A DNA stretch of 19,292 nucleotides from Elusimicrobiota bacterium (GTDB taxonomy: Bacteria; CG03; SLGR01; JBDRKX01), in NCBI GenBank assembly GCA_043813605.1, contig JBDRKX010000074.1:1-19292 (forward strand), written 5' to 3'. Each line of letters starts with the position of its first letter. Within the stretch, counting starts at the first letter, position 1. The position numbers and the translations under genes were made by a program. Below the pieces are notes generated by a model. It was not told the origin of the DNA, made no database searches, and worked only from the letters and a program-made list of their open reading frames with translations. Positions 7,107 to 17,483 of the stretch are shown one piece after another.

Positions 7107-9413
7107 TCATTTTACCTTAAATTTATTTACAGCGCTCTGCACTTTCTGCGCCGCTTTAAAGAGTTCTGTAGACGAAGCGGAGATCTCCTCCATTGCCGCA
7201 GTCTGCTCCTCGGCACCTGCCGTAGCTTCCTCGGCACTTGCTGCGGTCTCTTCGGCAGCTCCTGCAATACCTTCTACCTGGCTCGCTACATTTTCGATAT
7301 TATCAGCTACGGCAAGAAACATCTGATGAGATTGGTCAACAAGTTTCCTTCCTTCCACTACTTCCTTGAGGCCCAGGTTAACCGTCTCAACGGATTTCTG
7401 CGTATTATTCACCACCTCCCGGATTATGGATGATATTTCATGTGCCTGGTGTGTACTGGATTCAGCCAGTTTTCTTACTTCATCCGCTACGACAGCAAAT
7501 CCGCGGCCTGCTTCACCCGCCCTTGCAGCTTCTATAGCCGCATTCAACGAAAGAAGATTGGTTTGATCGGCTATTTTGGTTATCACTTCAACTATCTCGC
7601 TTATCCGTTCAGAACGTTTTTCAAGCTCCTGCATACTGTCTGTCGCAGTATTAATCGAGTCCTGTATCAACTGCATCTTGTTGAGCAGCTTTTCCATGAT
7701 GGCTCTTCCGTCTCTTGACGCACTTTCGGCTTTTCCGCTGGAAGTAGACGCGGTCTGTGAACTGCTTGCTACCTGTGATGTTGATTCTGATATCTGCTGC
7801 ATGGTTGAAGAAAGCTGACCTATAGTTTCAGTTGATTGTTCCGCTATCTGCGCCAGGTTAGATGCCGAATTAGCTACCAGGTTGGACTGGTCTATGATAT
7901 TCAGAACCAGTTCCCTCATATTATCTGTCATGACATTCAGCACTTCGCTCATCTTGGACATAAGTTCGTCAGGCACATCTTCATTTGCACGAACCGTAAG
8001 ATCTCCCTGGGAAATGCGCTGGATAACATCAAATTTCTCGGTAGTGCTTATTGCCAGTTCATTAAATTGTTCTATGAATTCTCCCATGTTTTCTGCCGTT
8101 TTGTTTATAGCCTTGCCCAGTTTTGACACTATCTCGATACTGGAATCTACTGTAGCCCTTGCCGCAGGGTCACCGGCACCTATTTTTTCAAGTACCTCAA
8201 AATACTCACTGGTAGCTCTCTTCAGTTCCTGGGCAGTGTGCTCTATCTTTTCTTCCGAACGCTTAAGACTCGTTATATCGCGAAAATCCTCTATTATCCC
8301 GACAGCCGCTCCGGTATTGTCATAAAAAGGCATCGCTGTAACAATGTAATAAACCTTTTCACCTGCAGAGTTCTTTTTTTCCATATTTATCTGGAGGGGT
8401 TCCCTGGTCTCCATAACGCGTTTTAGCGGACATTCTCCTGTATGACACATCGGGCTGGCAAAGTTTTTGTGACACTTCGTACCGACAGCAGCTTCTTTGC
8501 TTATGCCTGTAAGTTCTGACATCGTCTTGTTTACCTTCAGTATATTGAAATCTATATCGATTATCCTCATTGCTGAGGCAGAAGCATCCAGGATCTGTTC
8601 AGATTCCTTCATCTTTTCGGATTCCCGCAGCGCAAGCACCATCTTCCTGAAAGACATCGCCAACTGGCCTATCTCGTCTTCCGTTTTCCTTACACGTATC
8701 TCCGCCGACAGGTCCCCTTCCGAAATAGACTGTGATGCAGCCGCAATGATCCTTACCGGCCCTATCGTTTTTCTCACAAACCCTATCACAAGCACATTAC
8801 TCAAAATAATTATTATAACTGCCAATAGCAGTGTTACCAGTGTCGTCTTCTTAACCATACGGCTGGTAGACTCGAGCGAGACACCCACCCTGGCCATACC
8901 TATCTTTTCTGTCTTTGTAGTATTATCTGCGCCGCCGGCAAGCATGAGCATATCCGAGCCGGATTCACTCAGCGTCGTCACCGGCACTGCTATATCGTAT
9001 ATTTCTGTACCGCCGGCCGCTATCCATTTTCTGGCAAGCAATTCTTTAGTACCGACAGCTTGATTATTAAGTTCTCCTGTAACTGCCTGTTCCGCTTCTG
9101 TACCGCCTCCGGCCGCTATGATCTCCCCCGTTATGTTCTGAACAAGCACATACGCAATATCCGGCTCTTTCATTATTCCAGCGATCAACTCATTCAGTCC
9201 GTCGGTATCCTTAACCATAACACCGTACTCTGCATTATAAGCGAAATTATTTGCTATAGATACTCCCCTTTTCTCCAGTTCTTTGTATATCTGTGTCTTA
9301 TAGTTGAAAATAAAGTAACCCGAAAGTGTGCCTACAATAACAGTTATAAGAACAGTTATCCCTAAAATAGATTTTGCCGCCAGGCTATTATTTATTTTTC
9401 CCAGTATACTCAT
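7107..9413 (-). CDS. Methyl-accepting chemotaxis protein (TM-periplasmic sensor-TM-HAMP-PAS-HAMP-like-MA)
   Basis: Hairpin-tip signature [38 protein letters not shown]; two TM helices; HAMP (GDLSAEI...[14 protein letters not shown]); PAS ending in [18 protein letters not shown] upstream. Confidence 0.96.
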   Translation of the reverse strand: MSILGKINNSLAAKSILGITVLITVIVGTLSGYFIFNYKTQIYKELEKRGVSIANNFAYNAEYGVMVKDTDGLNELIAGIMKEPDIAYVLVQNITGEIIAAGGGTEAEQAVTGELNNQAVGTKELLARKWIAAGGTEIYDIAVPVTTLSESGSDMLMLAGGADNTTKTEKIGMARVGVSLESTSRMVKKTTLVTLLLAVIIIILSNVLVIGFVRKTIGPVRIIAAASQSISEGDLSAEIRVRKTEDEIGQLAMSFRKMVLALRESEKMKESEQILDASASAMRIIDIDFNILKVNKTMSELTGISKEAAVGTKCHKNFASPMCHTGECPLKRVMETREPLQINMEKKNSAGEKVYYIVTAMPFYDNTGAAVGIIEDFRDITSLKRSEEKIEHTAQELKRATSEYFEVLEKIGAGDPAARATVDSSIEIVSKLGKAINKTAENMGEFIEQFNELAISTTEKFDVIQRISQGDLTVRANEDVPDELMSKMSEVLNVMTDNMRELVLNIIDQSNLVANSASNLAQIAEQSTETIGQLSSTMQQISESTSQVASSSQTASTSSGKAESASRDGRAIMEKLLNKMQLIQDSINTATDSMQELEKRSERISEIVEVITKIADQTNLLSLNAAIEAARAGEAGRGFAVVADEVRKLAESSTHQAHEISSIIREVVNNTQKSVETVNLGLKEVVEGRKLVDQSHQMFLAVADNIENVASQVEGIAGAAEETAASAEEATAGAEEQTAAMEEISASSTELFKAAQKVQSAVNKFKVK

Positions 9414-9497
9414 TGGTTCTCCCTTTTAGATATATTTATCCATACTCCCGGTTTTTATAACCGGCTTCCACAGTAACTGACATATACCTATCATATA

Positions 9498-9526
9498 TTT
9501 TTAAGCAAAAACAGTAGTTATGTCAA
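9498..9526 (-). promoter_or_regulatory. Possible sigma70 promoter of the MCP gene
   Basis: Perfect TTGACA (9526-9521) followed 17 nt later by a weak TAAAAA in AT-rich context. Confidence 0.35.
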
Positions 9527-9637
9527 CCTTTTGAATAGAAAGTATCATTTCTAAAGTTCATAATCTTCTTAAACAGAATTTTCAATGTCCCCTGCACCTA
9601 TGGGTTTATCAGCAGCATTATTCTGAAAATTATTGTA

Positions 9638-11359
9638 TTATTTGCTGATTTTTTCGATCTTTGCCCAGGTATCCTTAAGCGGTACAGTCCTGTTGAAAAC
9701 CAGTTTTGTCCCTGAAAAATCCGGGTCAACACAGAAATATCCCTGCCTCAGAAACTGATAACTGCTGCCGGGCTCAGCATTTGCCAATGACTGCTCTACC
9801 CGGCAGGAAGCAATCACTTTAAAAGAATCGGGATTGATCCCGGATTTAAAATCAACGCCTTCTTCGACATCTTCCGGATTTTCTCTTAAAAAAAATCTGT
9901 CATAAAGCCTCACTTCGGCTTCATGGGAATGTTCTGCTGAAACCCAGTGCAGTGTCCCTTTTACTTTCCGGCCGTCTGAAGACCATCCGCCACGTGTCTT
10001 TGGATCATAAGTACAATGGAGTTCCGTTACTTCCCCTGTAATCTCGTCTTTTACTGCTATCTCACACTTGATATAATAAGCGTGTTTAAGCCTGACCTCG
10101 CTGCCCGGTGCAAGACGAAAGAATTTTTTCGGTGGATCCAGCCTAAAATCATCCCTTTCAATATAAAGTACCCTGGAGAACACCAGCTTTCGTGAACCCA
10201 TTCCGGGATCTTCCGGATTATTTTCAGCATCAAGTTCTTCGATCTTACCTTCAGGATAATTCTCTATTACTACCTTCAGTGGCTTTAGTACAGCCATGAC
10301 CCGCAGGGCTTTTTTATTCATATTTTCGCGCAGACAATGCTCCAGTAAGGCTATATCCACTACACTGTTTGCCTTGGCAACCCCTATCCTGTCACAGAAA
10401 TCCCTTATAGCTTCAGGTGTATACCCGCGTCTTCTGAGACCTGAGATAGTAGGCATTCGCGGATCGTCCCATCCGGACACATATCCTCCTTCAACAAGTT
10501 CGAGAAGTTTGCGCTTGCTCATGACAGTGTAGTTAAGGTTAAGCCGGGCAAATTCAATCTGCTGCGGATGGTTTTCCACTTCGAGCTTATCCAGTATCCA
10601 GTCATAGAGAGGACGGTTGTTCTCAAATTCCAACGTGCATATGGAATGTGTTATACCTTCTATTGAATCTGAAAGACAGTGCGCGAAATCATACATCGGA
10701 TATATGCACCATTTATCCCCCGTCCTGTGATGTAATTCGTGTCTTATCCGGTAAAGCGTAGGATCCCTCATATTAAGATTGGGAGAAGCCATATTTATTT
10801 TCGCTCTTAATACGTATGAACCGGCTTCGAATTCACCATTCTTCATTCGTTCGAACAGATCAAGGTTTTCTTCGGTCGAGCGGTCCCTGTACGGGCTGTT
10901 TTTTCCCGGCTCTGTCAGAGTACCGCGATATGCCCTTATCTCGTCAGCATTCAGACTGCAGACATATGCACAGCCTTTTTTAATCAGGTCTACCGCGTAT
11001 TCATATAATTTATCGAAATAATCCGAAGCATAAAAGAGATGCTCTCCCCAGTCAAAACCCAACCACCTCACATCTTCCTTTATGGAATCAATATACTCTG
11101 TCTCTTCCTTGACCGGATTGGTATCATCGAATCTTAAATGGCATCTTCCTTTTTCATGTTCCCCGGCGATCCCGAAATTAAGGCATATCGACTTCGCATG
11201 GCCTATATGCAGATAGCCGTTCGGTTCCGGCGGAAACCTGGTAATAATATTGCCCGCATTCTTATTCGCATTCAGATCTTCCTCAATAATATCCCGTATA
11301 AAATTAGAAGGTTTTCCTGTATGCCGGATATCTTTATTCTTTTTTATACTTTTCTCCAT
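9638..11359 (-). CDS. glnS: Glutamine--tRNA ligase
   Basis: [24 protein letters not shown] (HIGH), [30 protein letters not shown] (KMSKS equivalent), [22 protein letters not shown]. Start placed at ATG 11359 (GGAG 6 nt upstream); the ORF extends to 11383. Confidence 0.98.
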   Translation of the reverse strand: MEKSIKKNKDIRHTGKPSNFIRDIIEEDLNANKNAGNIITRFPPEPNGYLHIGHAKSICLNFGIAGEHEKGRCHLRFDDTNPVKEETEYIDSIKEDVRWLGFDWGEHLFYASDYFDKLYEYAVDLIKKGCAYVCSLNADEIRAYRGTLTEPGKNSPYRDRSTEENLDLFERMKNGEFEAGSYVLRAKINMASPNLNMRDPTLYRIRHELHHRTGDKWCIYPMYDFAHCLSDSIEGITHSICTLEFENNRPLYDWILDKLEVENHPQQIEFARLNLNYTVMSKRKLLELVEGGYVSGWDDPRMPTISGLRRRGYTPEAIRDFCDRIGVAKANSVVDIALLEHCLRENMNKKALRVMAVLKPLKVVIENYPEGKIEELDAENNPEDPGMGSRKLVFSRVLYIERDDFRLDPPKKFFRLAPGSEVRLKHAYYIKCEIAVKDEITGEVTELHCTYDPKTRGGWSSDGRKVKGTLHWVSAEHSHEAEVRLYDRFFLRENPEDVEEGVDFKSGINPDSFKVIASCRVEQSLANAEPGSSYQFLRQGYFCVDPDFSGTKLVFNRTVPLKDTWAKIEKISK

Positions 11360-11423
11360 AACAATCTCCATAAACAGCCGCATTCTTCCGGATAAAGCCG
11401 GATTTTAGGGAATTGATATTTGG

Positions 11424-11456
11424 TATTTTACAAAAACTCGGCACCTATGTAAAATA
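11424..11456. promoter_or_regulatory. Palindromic, overlapping divergent sigma70 promoters (or an operator) between glnS and the LPS-modification operon
   Basis: TATTTTACA-N15-TGTAAAATA. Reads TTTACA-N17-TAAAAT on + (11427-11455) and on - (11453-11425). Confidence 0.6.
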
Positions 11457-11574
11457 ACTTACATGCTGTCACTGCATCAGCAGGCTATTTGATATAACCA
11501 GCTAAAATATGAAATAATATGCAGTAATGGGATAAAGCCTGTTTTCAAAACCGGAATACCGGGGATTATTGTAT

Positions 11575-12795
11575 ATGAAAATAAATACAGATAACCTATA
11601 TAACACACTGCTTAACTGGGGGACTATACTTCTGGCAGTGAGTATTACAATGTCAATCACCCTTATGAACATTGCTTTTGGTATTCTTTTCCTTGCATTC
11701 TTAATAGCTGTTTTTAAGAGAAAGATACGGTTTATCCATACCGGCATTGAAATACCGTTGGCTGTATTCCTTCTTTTTTATATAACAAGCTCTCTTTTTT
11801 CTGCTCATTCTCTTTCCAGCCTTAAGAGTGTCTCCGATAACTACTGGTACATCCTGCACCTCTACCTTGTTGTCTACCTGTTCGAAGAAAGAGAGATACA
11901 GGTATTCACGAAGACACTTGGTATTGCCGCGTTTATCATGGCTGTCTACTCTCTTCTTCAGTCATTTGCCGGGTTCACCATGCTGGGCAGCCTGGATATC
12001 GCCGGGATAAAGATGGGCAGCCGGAGCCTGGAACGGATAACATCGGTATTCGGATTGCCCGTTTATATGGGAACAGGTATACTGGGAAGCCATCTCACGT
12101 TCGGCGGACAGATGCTTATGCTGAGTTTAATATCATTTGCCGCATTCAGAAAAAAATGGCCGGCTATCGTTATCATAATGGGCCTGCTCGTGAGTTTTGC
12201 ATACAGTTCATGGTTTGGTTTTATAGCAGCTGTAAGCGCCTTTTATTTCATTAAAAAGAAAAGATTCTTTCGGGCAGCTGCGGTGATCTCTTCTTTTATT
12301 ATTCTTCTGTTTATCATCCCGGGTACCCGTAACATTGTAACAACGAAACTTGCCGACAGGATCGAAATATGGAAAGCGGCCCTGTCTATGTATGCCGAGC
12401 ACCCGTTACTGGGTGTAGGTTCAGGTGAATTTACATCCATCTTTGAAACAAAATACTCCAAAAATTTTACCGGCAGCACCCTGGGCGCAAGGTCTCATCC
12501 GCATTCCATCTACCTCAGCATGCTGACGGGAGGAGGATTATTTACTTTTCTTGCATTCCTGTTTCTTGCCGCCAGGTTCGTTAAGCTCTATCTGCATCCT
12601 CTGCCTTCGTACAGTGCCGCATCACTAAAACTTCATATCTGCTGCTGGCTCGCCCTGGGCGCGGTATTTGCAGCAGGTATTTTCCAGACATACCTCAGCG
12701 ATGCCGAAAATTCTGTTCTGATATGGACACTGGCCGGGCTTATCATACGGATAAGAACGACCTATATATCCAGGATGAAACCTTCCGAGATATGA
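11575..12795 (+). CDS. O-antigen ligase (WaaL/Wzy_C) family membrane protein
   Basis: Many TM helices; Wzy_C-type motifs DRIEIWKAALSMYAEHPLLGVGSGEF and HPHSIYLSMLTGGG. Start 11575 preferred over 11569 (GGGGA upstream). Confidence 0.88.
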   Translation: MKINTDNLYNTLLNWGTILLAVSITMSITLMNIAFGILFLAFLIAVFKRKIRFIHTGIEIPLAVFLLFYITSSLFSAHSLSSLKSVSDNYWYILHLYLVVYLFEEREIQVFTKTLGIAAFIMAVYSLLQSFAGFTMLGSLDIAGIKMGSRSLERITSVFGLPVYMGTGILGSHLTFGGQMLMLSLISFAAFRKKWPAIVIIMGLLVSFAYSSWFGFIAAVSAFYFIKKKRFFRAAAVISSFIILLFIIPGTRNIVTTKLADRIEIWKAALSMYAEHPLLGVGSGEFTSIFETKYSKNFTGSTLGARSHPHSIYLSMLTGGGLFTFLAFLFLAARFVKLYLHPLPSYSAASLKLHICCWLALGAVFAAGIFQTYLSDAENSVLIWTLAGLIIRIRTTYISRMKPSEI

Positions 12796-14393
12796 CCGGC
12801 AGATCTTCTTTCAGTAAAATCATCCCGGGCTTTCTGCTTCTTTTCTCGCTTCTCATGCTTATTCCACTTACAAACCGCGAGACATCCTATACCCTTCCGG
12901 CGGAATACCGCTGGACACTTCCTACAGTAGTAGAAACTGTTTCAGACGGGGCTCTCTTTATACCCAGATTATGGGGCAAACCCCGGTTCAGAAAACCGCC
13001 ACTGGTATACTGGCTCATGGCTGGTTCGGCAAAACTCTTTTCTTTTAACCTGTTCTGGATACGTTTACCTGTTGTCCTGTTTTCAGCGCTATCATTACTT
13101 TTAGTTTATTTTTTTATGAAAACATTGAATGCCGACGAAAAAGAATGTATATCCGCATCTCTTATCCTTCTGGGATTTTTCGGCTATTATACATATTCCA
13201 GGATCGCCGCCCTCGAAGTCCCCATGCTATTTTTCACCCTTGCATCTTTTTACGGGCTGGCTGTATTTTTTTTAAAGGACCGGCCCTTCGGCATATTCAT
13301 CGCTTCATTCTTCAGCGGCCTGACGATGATGACAAAAAGTCACGCTACTGTTTTCTCGATCGTCATATTCATCTTACTATGGGTATTATTTAACCGGGAC
13401 TGGCATATACTCAAAAAAAACAGAGCCCCTATTCTTATGGGTATCGTTATTTTTCTTCTCGTAGTCCTTCCATGGTATATTTACCTGCTGTCAGCATACG
13501 GAAACGCTTTTATATCAGACATAACCGGCGAACTGGTAGGCGAAAGATATAAAGCCGGTCATTACGATCTGATCGGAATGCTGGTCGGGATCCTGGCACT
13601 TGTTTTTCCTTTCACACTGCTCTTCTTGAATTCCCTGCATACCGCTTTTATTAAGAAAACCCGTGAAAACAGGTTCCTGCTAATATATATCATATCAGTG
13701 ATCCTGCCTTATGTGTTCATTACAAGTCAGAAAATGAGGTATATGGTGCCCCTGCTGCCTGCGGCTGCCTGCATGATCTCTTTGAACATAAAAGATTTCG
13801 GCAGAAGTTTCCCTGTTATAATGCGGCTTACCGGGCTCCTGCTGGCAGTTCCTGCCCTTATTATTCTATGGCTCGGTATTAAGCTGGGCATAATACCTCT
13901 ACCTACCCTTTTTCCTGCAATTGGAGCTGCTGCGGCAACTTTCTATTTTTTCTATAGAAAAAAACCGGTTGTTTCCTTTGCTATGACAGCTGTATTTGAA
14001 TTTATTTTCATCGGGCTGATCTACTCCGGTATAGGTTTATGGCAGATCCCGGATGGTATCGCTGATAAGGTAAAAACCGGCAAAACAGCCACTTTCAGAA
14101 GACGGCCTTTTTTTCTTGCGGTCAAGACAAAACAGAAACCGTTCATTGATGTCACAGATACAGAATCCTTCAAGAAAGCTGCCGGGAACAATGCCCTTTT
14201 ATATATTGCACAACATGATTTTCCGAAATTTGAGGCCCTGATGAAAGAATCCGGATTCACCCGTTACCGTAAGGCTATTACATGGGTCCGATTCAATGAA
14301 TTCCCAAAAGACAGGGATGTAAAAGAGGCGTTCTATTCGGGAGATGTTGAAAAATTAAAAGAAAAAACATATTTTATAAACAATATAGAATGA
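12792..14393 (+). CDS. ArnT/PMT-like (GT-C fold, GT83/GT39) lipid-linked sugar transferase
   Basis: FIPRLWGKPRFRKPPLVYWLMAGS...IRLPVVLFS, LTMMTK, VLPWY and KMRYMVPLLPA motifs; polytopic membrane protein. ATG at 12792 overlaps the upstream stop (ATGA). Confidence 0.88.
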   Translation: MTGRSSFSKIIPGFLLLFSLLMLIPLTNRETSYTLPAEYRWTLPTVVETVSDGALFIPRLWGKPRFRKPPLVYWLMAGSAKLFSFNLFWIRLPVVLFSALSLLLVYFFMKTLNADEKECISASLILLGFFGYYTYSRIAALEVPMLFFTLASFYGLAVFFLKDRPFGIFIASFFSGLTMMTKSHATVFSIVIFILLWVLFNRDWHILKKNRAPILMGIVIFLLVVLPWYIYLLSAYGNAFISDITGELVGERYKAGHYDLIGMLVGILALVFPFTLLFLNSLHTAFIKKTRENRFLLIYIISVILPYVFITSQKMRYMVPLLPAAACMISLNIKDFGRSFPVIMRLTGLLLAVPALIILWLGIKLGIIPLPTLFPAIGAAAATFYFFYRKKPVVSFAMTAVFEFIFIGLIYSGIGLWQIPDGIADKVKTGKTATFRRRPFFLAVKTKQKPFIDVTDTESFKKAAGNNALLYIAQHDFPKFEALMKESGFTRYRKAITWVRFNEFPKDRDVKEAFYSGDVEKLKEKTYFINNIE

Positions 14394-15133
14394 ACAGCGA
14401 AACCAATAAAATCAGTACCAGCGACACTCTTTCTGTTATTATTCCTGTTTATAATGAGTGTGAGAACATAGAAGAACTCCTTCAGCGGACAGTTGACGGA
14501 CTTGCAGCCTTCACCGGAAGGATAGAGATCATATGCGTTGATGATAAATCCACTGATTCGAGTGTTGAAGAACTTCAGAAGTACATGAAAAGATATCCCC
14601 TGAGAGTGATCCGGCTGCGTTCACATATGGGCCAGAGCGGAGCACTGGCAGCAGGTTTCCTTAAATCAACCGGAAAAATAATCGCGATGCTTGATGCCGA
14701 CCTTCAGTGTTCTCCGGAAGAAATGGTTCTTCTCCTTGAGCATCTCGAACCCGGGATAGACGCCGTATGCGGTATCCGGTCCTGCAGACAGGACACCGTT
14801 ATAAAGAAAATATCTCCTATTACAGGGAATTTTTTTCGCAATCTTGTAACCGGTGATAATATCACCGATACCAACTGCCCGCTGAAAGTATTCCGGCGCC
14901 AGGCCATCACATCGATCCCGTATTTCAGGGGATTCCACAGGTTTATCCCCACTTTGATGAAACTGAACGGGTATACACTAAAACAGGTGCCTGTGAGCCA
15001 TTTCCCGAGAAAAAGGGGCCATTCCAAATACAATATTTCCAACAGGTTATTCAAGGGCTTATATGATATATTCGGAGTAGCCTGGCTGAAGAAAAACAGC
15101 CTTGTTTTCAAAGATAATATGGAGGAACTATGA
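14390..15133 (+). CDS. GT2 polyprenyl-phosphate glycosyltransferase (ArnC/Dpm1-like)
   Basis: LSVIIPVYNE, VDDKSTD, GQSGAL, MLDADLQ, DTNCPLK, FHRFIP, HFPRKRGHSKY motifs; ATGA overlap with the upstream gene. Confidence 0.93.
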   Translation: MNSETNKISTSDTLSVIIPVYNECENIEELLQRTVDGLAAFTGRIEIICVDDKSTDSSVEELQKYMKRYPLRVIRLRSHMGQSGALAAGFLKSTGKIIAMLDADLQCSPEEMVLLLEHLEPGIDAVCGIRSCRQDTVIKKISPITGNFFRNLVTGDNITDTNCPLKVFRRQAITSIPYFRGFHRFIPTLMKLNGYTLKQVPVSHFPRKRGHSKYNISNRLFKGLYDIFGVAWLKKNSLVFKDNMEEL

Positions 15134-15393
15134 ACATTGAAACGGTTTGGCTCGGTATAGGTTTTCTCGGACAGATATGTTTCTTCATGAGGTTTCTTGT
15201 CCAGTGGATAATATCCGAAAAGAAAGGGGAAAGTGTAATACCCGTAGTATTCTGGTATTTTTCAATCGGGGGGGGCCTTATGCTTCTGATATACGCCATC
15301 TGGCGCAGAGATCCTGTATTTATACTCGGTCAATCCTGCGGCATGATAGTATATGCCAGGAATCTTGTGCTCATAAATCGCAGAAGGACATAA
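15130..15393 (+). CDS. Lipid A biosynthesis N-terminal domain (LAB_N) small membrane protein
   Basis: GFLGQICFFMRFLVQWIISEKKGESVIPVVFWYFSIGGG...YAIWRRDPVFILGQ...YARNL matches the LAB_N pattern; SD GGAGGA; ATGA overlap. Confidence 0.92.
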   Translation: MNIETVWLGIGFLGQICFFMRFLVQWIISEKKGESVIPVVFWYFSIGGGLMLLIYAIWRRDPVFILGQSCGMIVYARNLVLINRRRT

Positions 15394-15512
15394 GCAGATT
15401 TCAGGCTGCTCATTATTGAAGAACATACATGGAAATGGATTGTCAATCAGTATCTTGCTGTATACAGTTGCGTTTTTAACGGGGAACAGCCGCAATAAAC
15501 ACAGGGACAGAC

Positions 15513-16106
15513 CTAAAGGTATACCCTGAGCCTTGCGAATATATTCACATAACTAATAGCTTCGTAAGTTATTATGTAGACTGTACTGCTGCCGCTTACC
15601 GTGGATTCCGCTTCTCCGGCATGGAGATAACTGATCCCGCCGCTGACAGAAACATTCCGTGAAACCATGTATTCATAACCCGCCTCCATACCGTATCCGA
15701 GTGCTGATGCTCCCGTTGTCTGACCGTCTGCCAGCGGCATATTCCACAGTCTTCTGTCGACAATACCCAGTTTCCCGCCGATATAAATACCTTCTACCGG
15801 TTCAAGAAAACTATAATTGACCGAAAATAAAATAAAAGAATCAGCATCCTTTACATTTGAAGAAAGAATCTTTTCCCTTACGGCAGAAGTAAGAATAAAT
15901 ATCCCGGCATCCATTTCACCGGACATGTTCCTGCCGAATTCAACACCCCTGCCAAAGCGTACTCTGCTTCCCTGTTCATCAGGTATGACGAGTCCTCCAT
16001 AGGTACCGGCAAACCAGCGCCCGAAAGCAGACGAACTCTCTGAACAGATACAAAGGAGCATAGCGATAATGACGCATATTTGTAATTTCTTGAAATTTCG
16101 GATCAT
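15513..16106 (-). CDS. Small outer-membrane beta-barrel protein (OmpA-TM/OMP_b-brl-like)
   Basis: Signal peptide from ATG 16106 (MIRNFKKLQICVIIAMLLCICSESSSA), amphipathic strands (GIYIGGKLG, GYGMEAGYEY, VSVSGGISY), C-terminal strand ARLRVYL. Confidence 0.75.
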   Translation of the reverse strand: MIRNFKKLQICVIIAMLLCICSESSSAFGRWFAGTYGGLVIPDEQGSRVRFGRGVEFGRNMSGEMDAGIFILTSAVREKILSSNVKDADSFILFSVNYSFLEPVEGIYIGGKLGIVDRRLWNMPLADGQTTGASALGYGMEAGYEYMVSRNVSVSGGISYLHAGEAESTVSGSSTVYIITYEAISYVNIFARLRVYL

Positions 16107-16246
16107 ATTCACACGACTATTTCTATTGTAACTTTTAACTTTTAAAAAGACAAGGATAGTCTGACTCCTGCATACTGAACCATCCATATTACAGTTTTTA
16201 TGACTATAACAGGACTCGTTAAATGACCCGCTTTTACTGTTGTCTC

Positions 16247-16274
16247 TTGCAATAAAATATTGTAATTATATAAT
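16247..16274 (+). promoter_or_regulatory. sigma70-type promoter of the flavoprotein gene
   Basis: TTGCAA (16247-16252)-N16-TATAAT (16269-16274); SD AAGGGGAG before ATG 16363. Confidence 0.55.
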
Positions 16275-16362
16275 ATATAAATGAAAATGAATAAAAACGA
16301 TTATTATTACAATTGTTTAGGGGTCTTCTCAGAAGACTGCTTTATGTTTAAGGGGAGTAACA

Positions 16363-17466
16363 ATGCTGCCAGACCTGGTTATCTGTGATTTAAAGATCAA
16401 TCCGCCTATCATACAGGGGGGCATGGGTGTAGGAGTCTCTCTTTCCGGACTGGCTTCTGCAGTTGCAAACGAAGGCGGTATCGGAGTCATCTCAGCAACA
16501 GGCATCGGTATGCATGAATCTGATTTTGAAGCGGATTTCATGGGCGCAAACACAAGAGTCCTTCAACTTGAGATAGACCGTGCCAAAGAAATGACCGACG
16601 GCATTATCGGTGTTAATCTTATGGTAGCCCTTTCAGATTACTACGACCTTTTCCAGGTTGCTTTTGACAAGAAAGTGGACATGGTATTTCTCGGCGCCGG
16701 TTTGCCCTTAAAGATACCAAAAGGCATATCTCTGGACAGGTTAAAAAGCGGCGTAACCAAATGTGTTCCGATCGTATCTTCAGGAAGAGCCGCGAATATC
16801 ATATTCAAAACATGGGCAAAAAACTACGATCATGTCCCCGATGCGGTTATTGTTGAAGGGCCGCTGGCAGGAGGTCATCTCGGATTTAAAGCCGGGCAGA
16901 TAGCCGACCCGGAATACTCACTGGAAAATCTGGTGCCTGAAGTGATTGATACATTAAAGACTTACGAAGACCGGTTCCAGAAAAACATCCCTGTTATTGC
17001 TGCAGGCGGAATCTTCACGGGGGCAGATATTTACAAGTTCATCCAGCTGGGCGCCAGCGGTGTTCAGATGGGGACAAGGTTTGTTACTACAGACGAATGT
17101 GATGCATCGATCAAGTTTAAAGAAGCGTACATTGAATGCCGCGAAAGCGATCTTATGATAATAAAAAGCCCCGTAGGCCTTCCTGGCAGGGCCATCCGCA
17201 ATAAATTCCTTGATGATGTCGCTGCAGGGATAAAACAGACATTTACCTGCCCATGTAAATGTCTTATAACATGTGATTTTCAAAATGCTCCATACTGTAT
17301 CGCCCTTGCACTTACTAATGCAAAAATGGGAAACCTCGATAAGGGCTTTGTTTTTGCCGGCACAAATGCATTCCGGACAGAAAGTATTGTCCCGGTCAAA
17401 GAACTTATAGCGACTTTGACGGATGAGTATATCCGTGCGAGCGGCAATGCCGGCTGTCAGGGCTGA
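16363..17466 (+). CDS. Nitronate monooxygenase/FabK-family FMN oxidoreductase with FabX-like Cys cluster
   Basis: PIIQGGMGVGVS, GAGLP, VEGPLAGGHLG, PVIAAGGI, GVQMGTRF, SPVGLPGRA; C-terminal C-x3-C-x3-C-x7-C. Confidence 0.9.
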   Translation: MLPDLVICDLKINPPIIQGGMGVGVSLSGLASAVANEGGIGVISATGIGMHESDFEADFMGANTRVLQLEIDRAKEMTDGIIGVNLMVALSDYYDLFQVAFDKKVDMVFLGAGLPLKIPKGISLDRLKSGVTKCVPIVSSGRAANIIFKTWAKNYDHVPDAVIVEGPLAGGHLGFKAGQIADPEYSLENLVPEVIDTLKTYEDRFQKNIPVIAAGGIFTGADIYKFIQLGASGVQMGTRFVTTDECDASIKFKEAYIECRESDLMIIKSPVGLPGRAIRNKFLDDVAAGIKQTFTCPCKCLITCDFQNAPYCIALALTNAKMGNLDKGFVFAGTNAFRTESIVPVKELIATLTDEYIRASGNAGCQG

Positions 17467-17483
17467 ATATCTGTCTTTAAAGT

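Noticed and set aside
7366..9365. Several plus-strand ORFs (up to 188 aa) within the MCP
   Set aside because: Antisense shadows of the MCP coding sequence.
12723..12791. Upstream start for the ArnT-like gene
   Set aside because: It would overlap the ligase gene by 73 bp; the ATGA-coupled ATG at 12792 fits the operon pattern.
15394..15512. Terminator between LAB_N and OMP genes
   Set aside because: Only a short TTGCG/CGCAA pairing and no convincing stem plus U-tract.
16107..16187. Longer N-terminus of the OMP
   Set aside because: The signal peptide begins at Met28 (16106).
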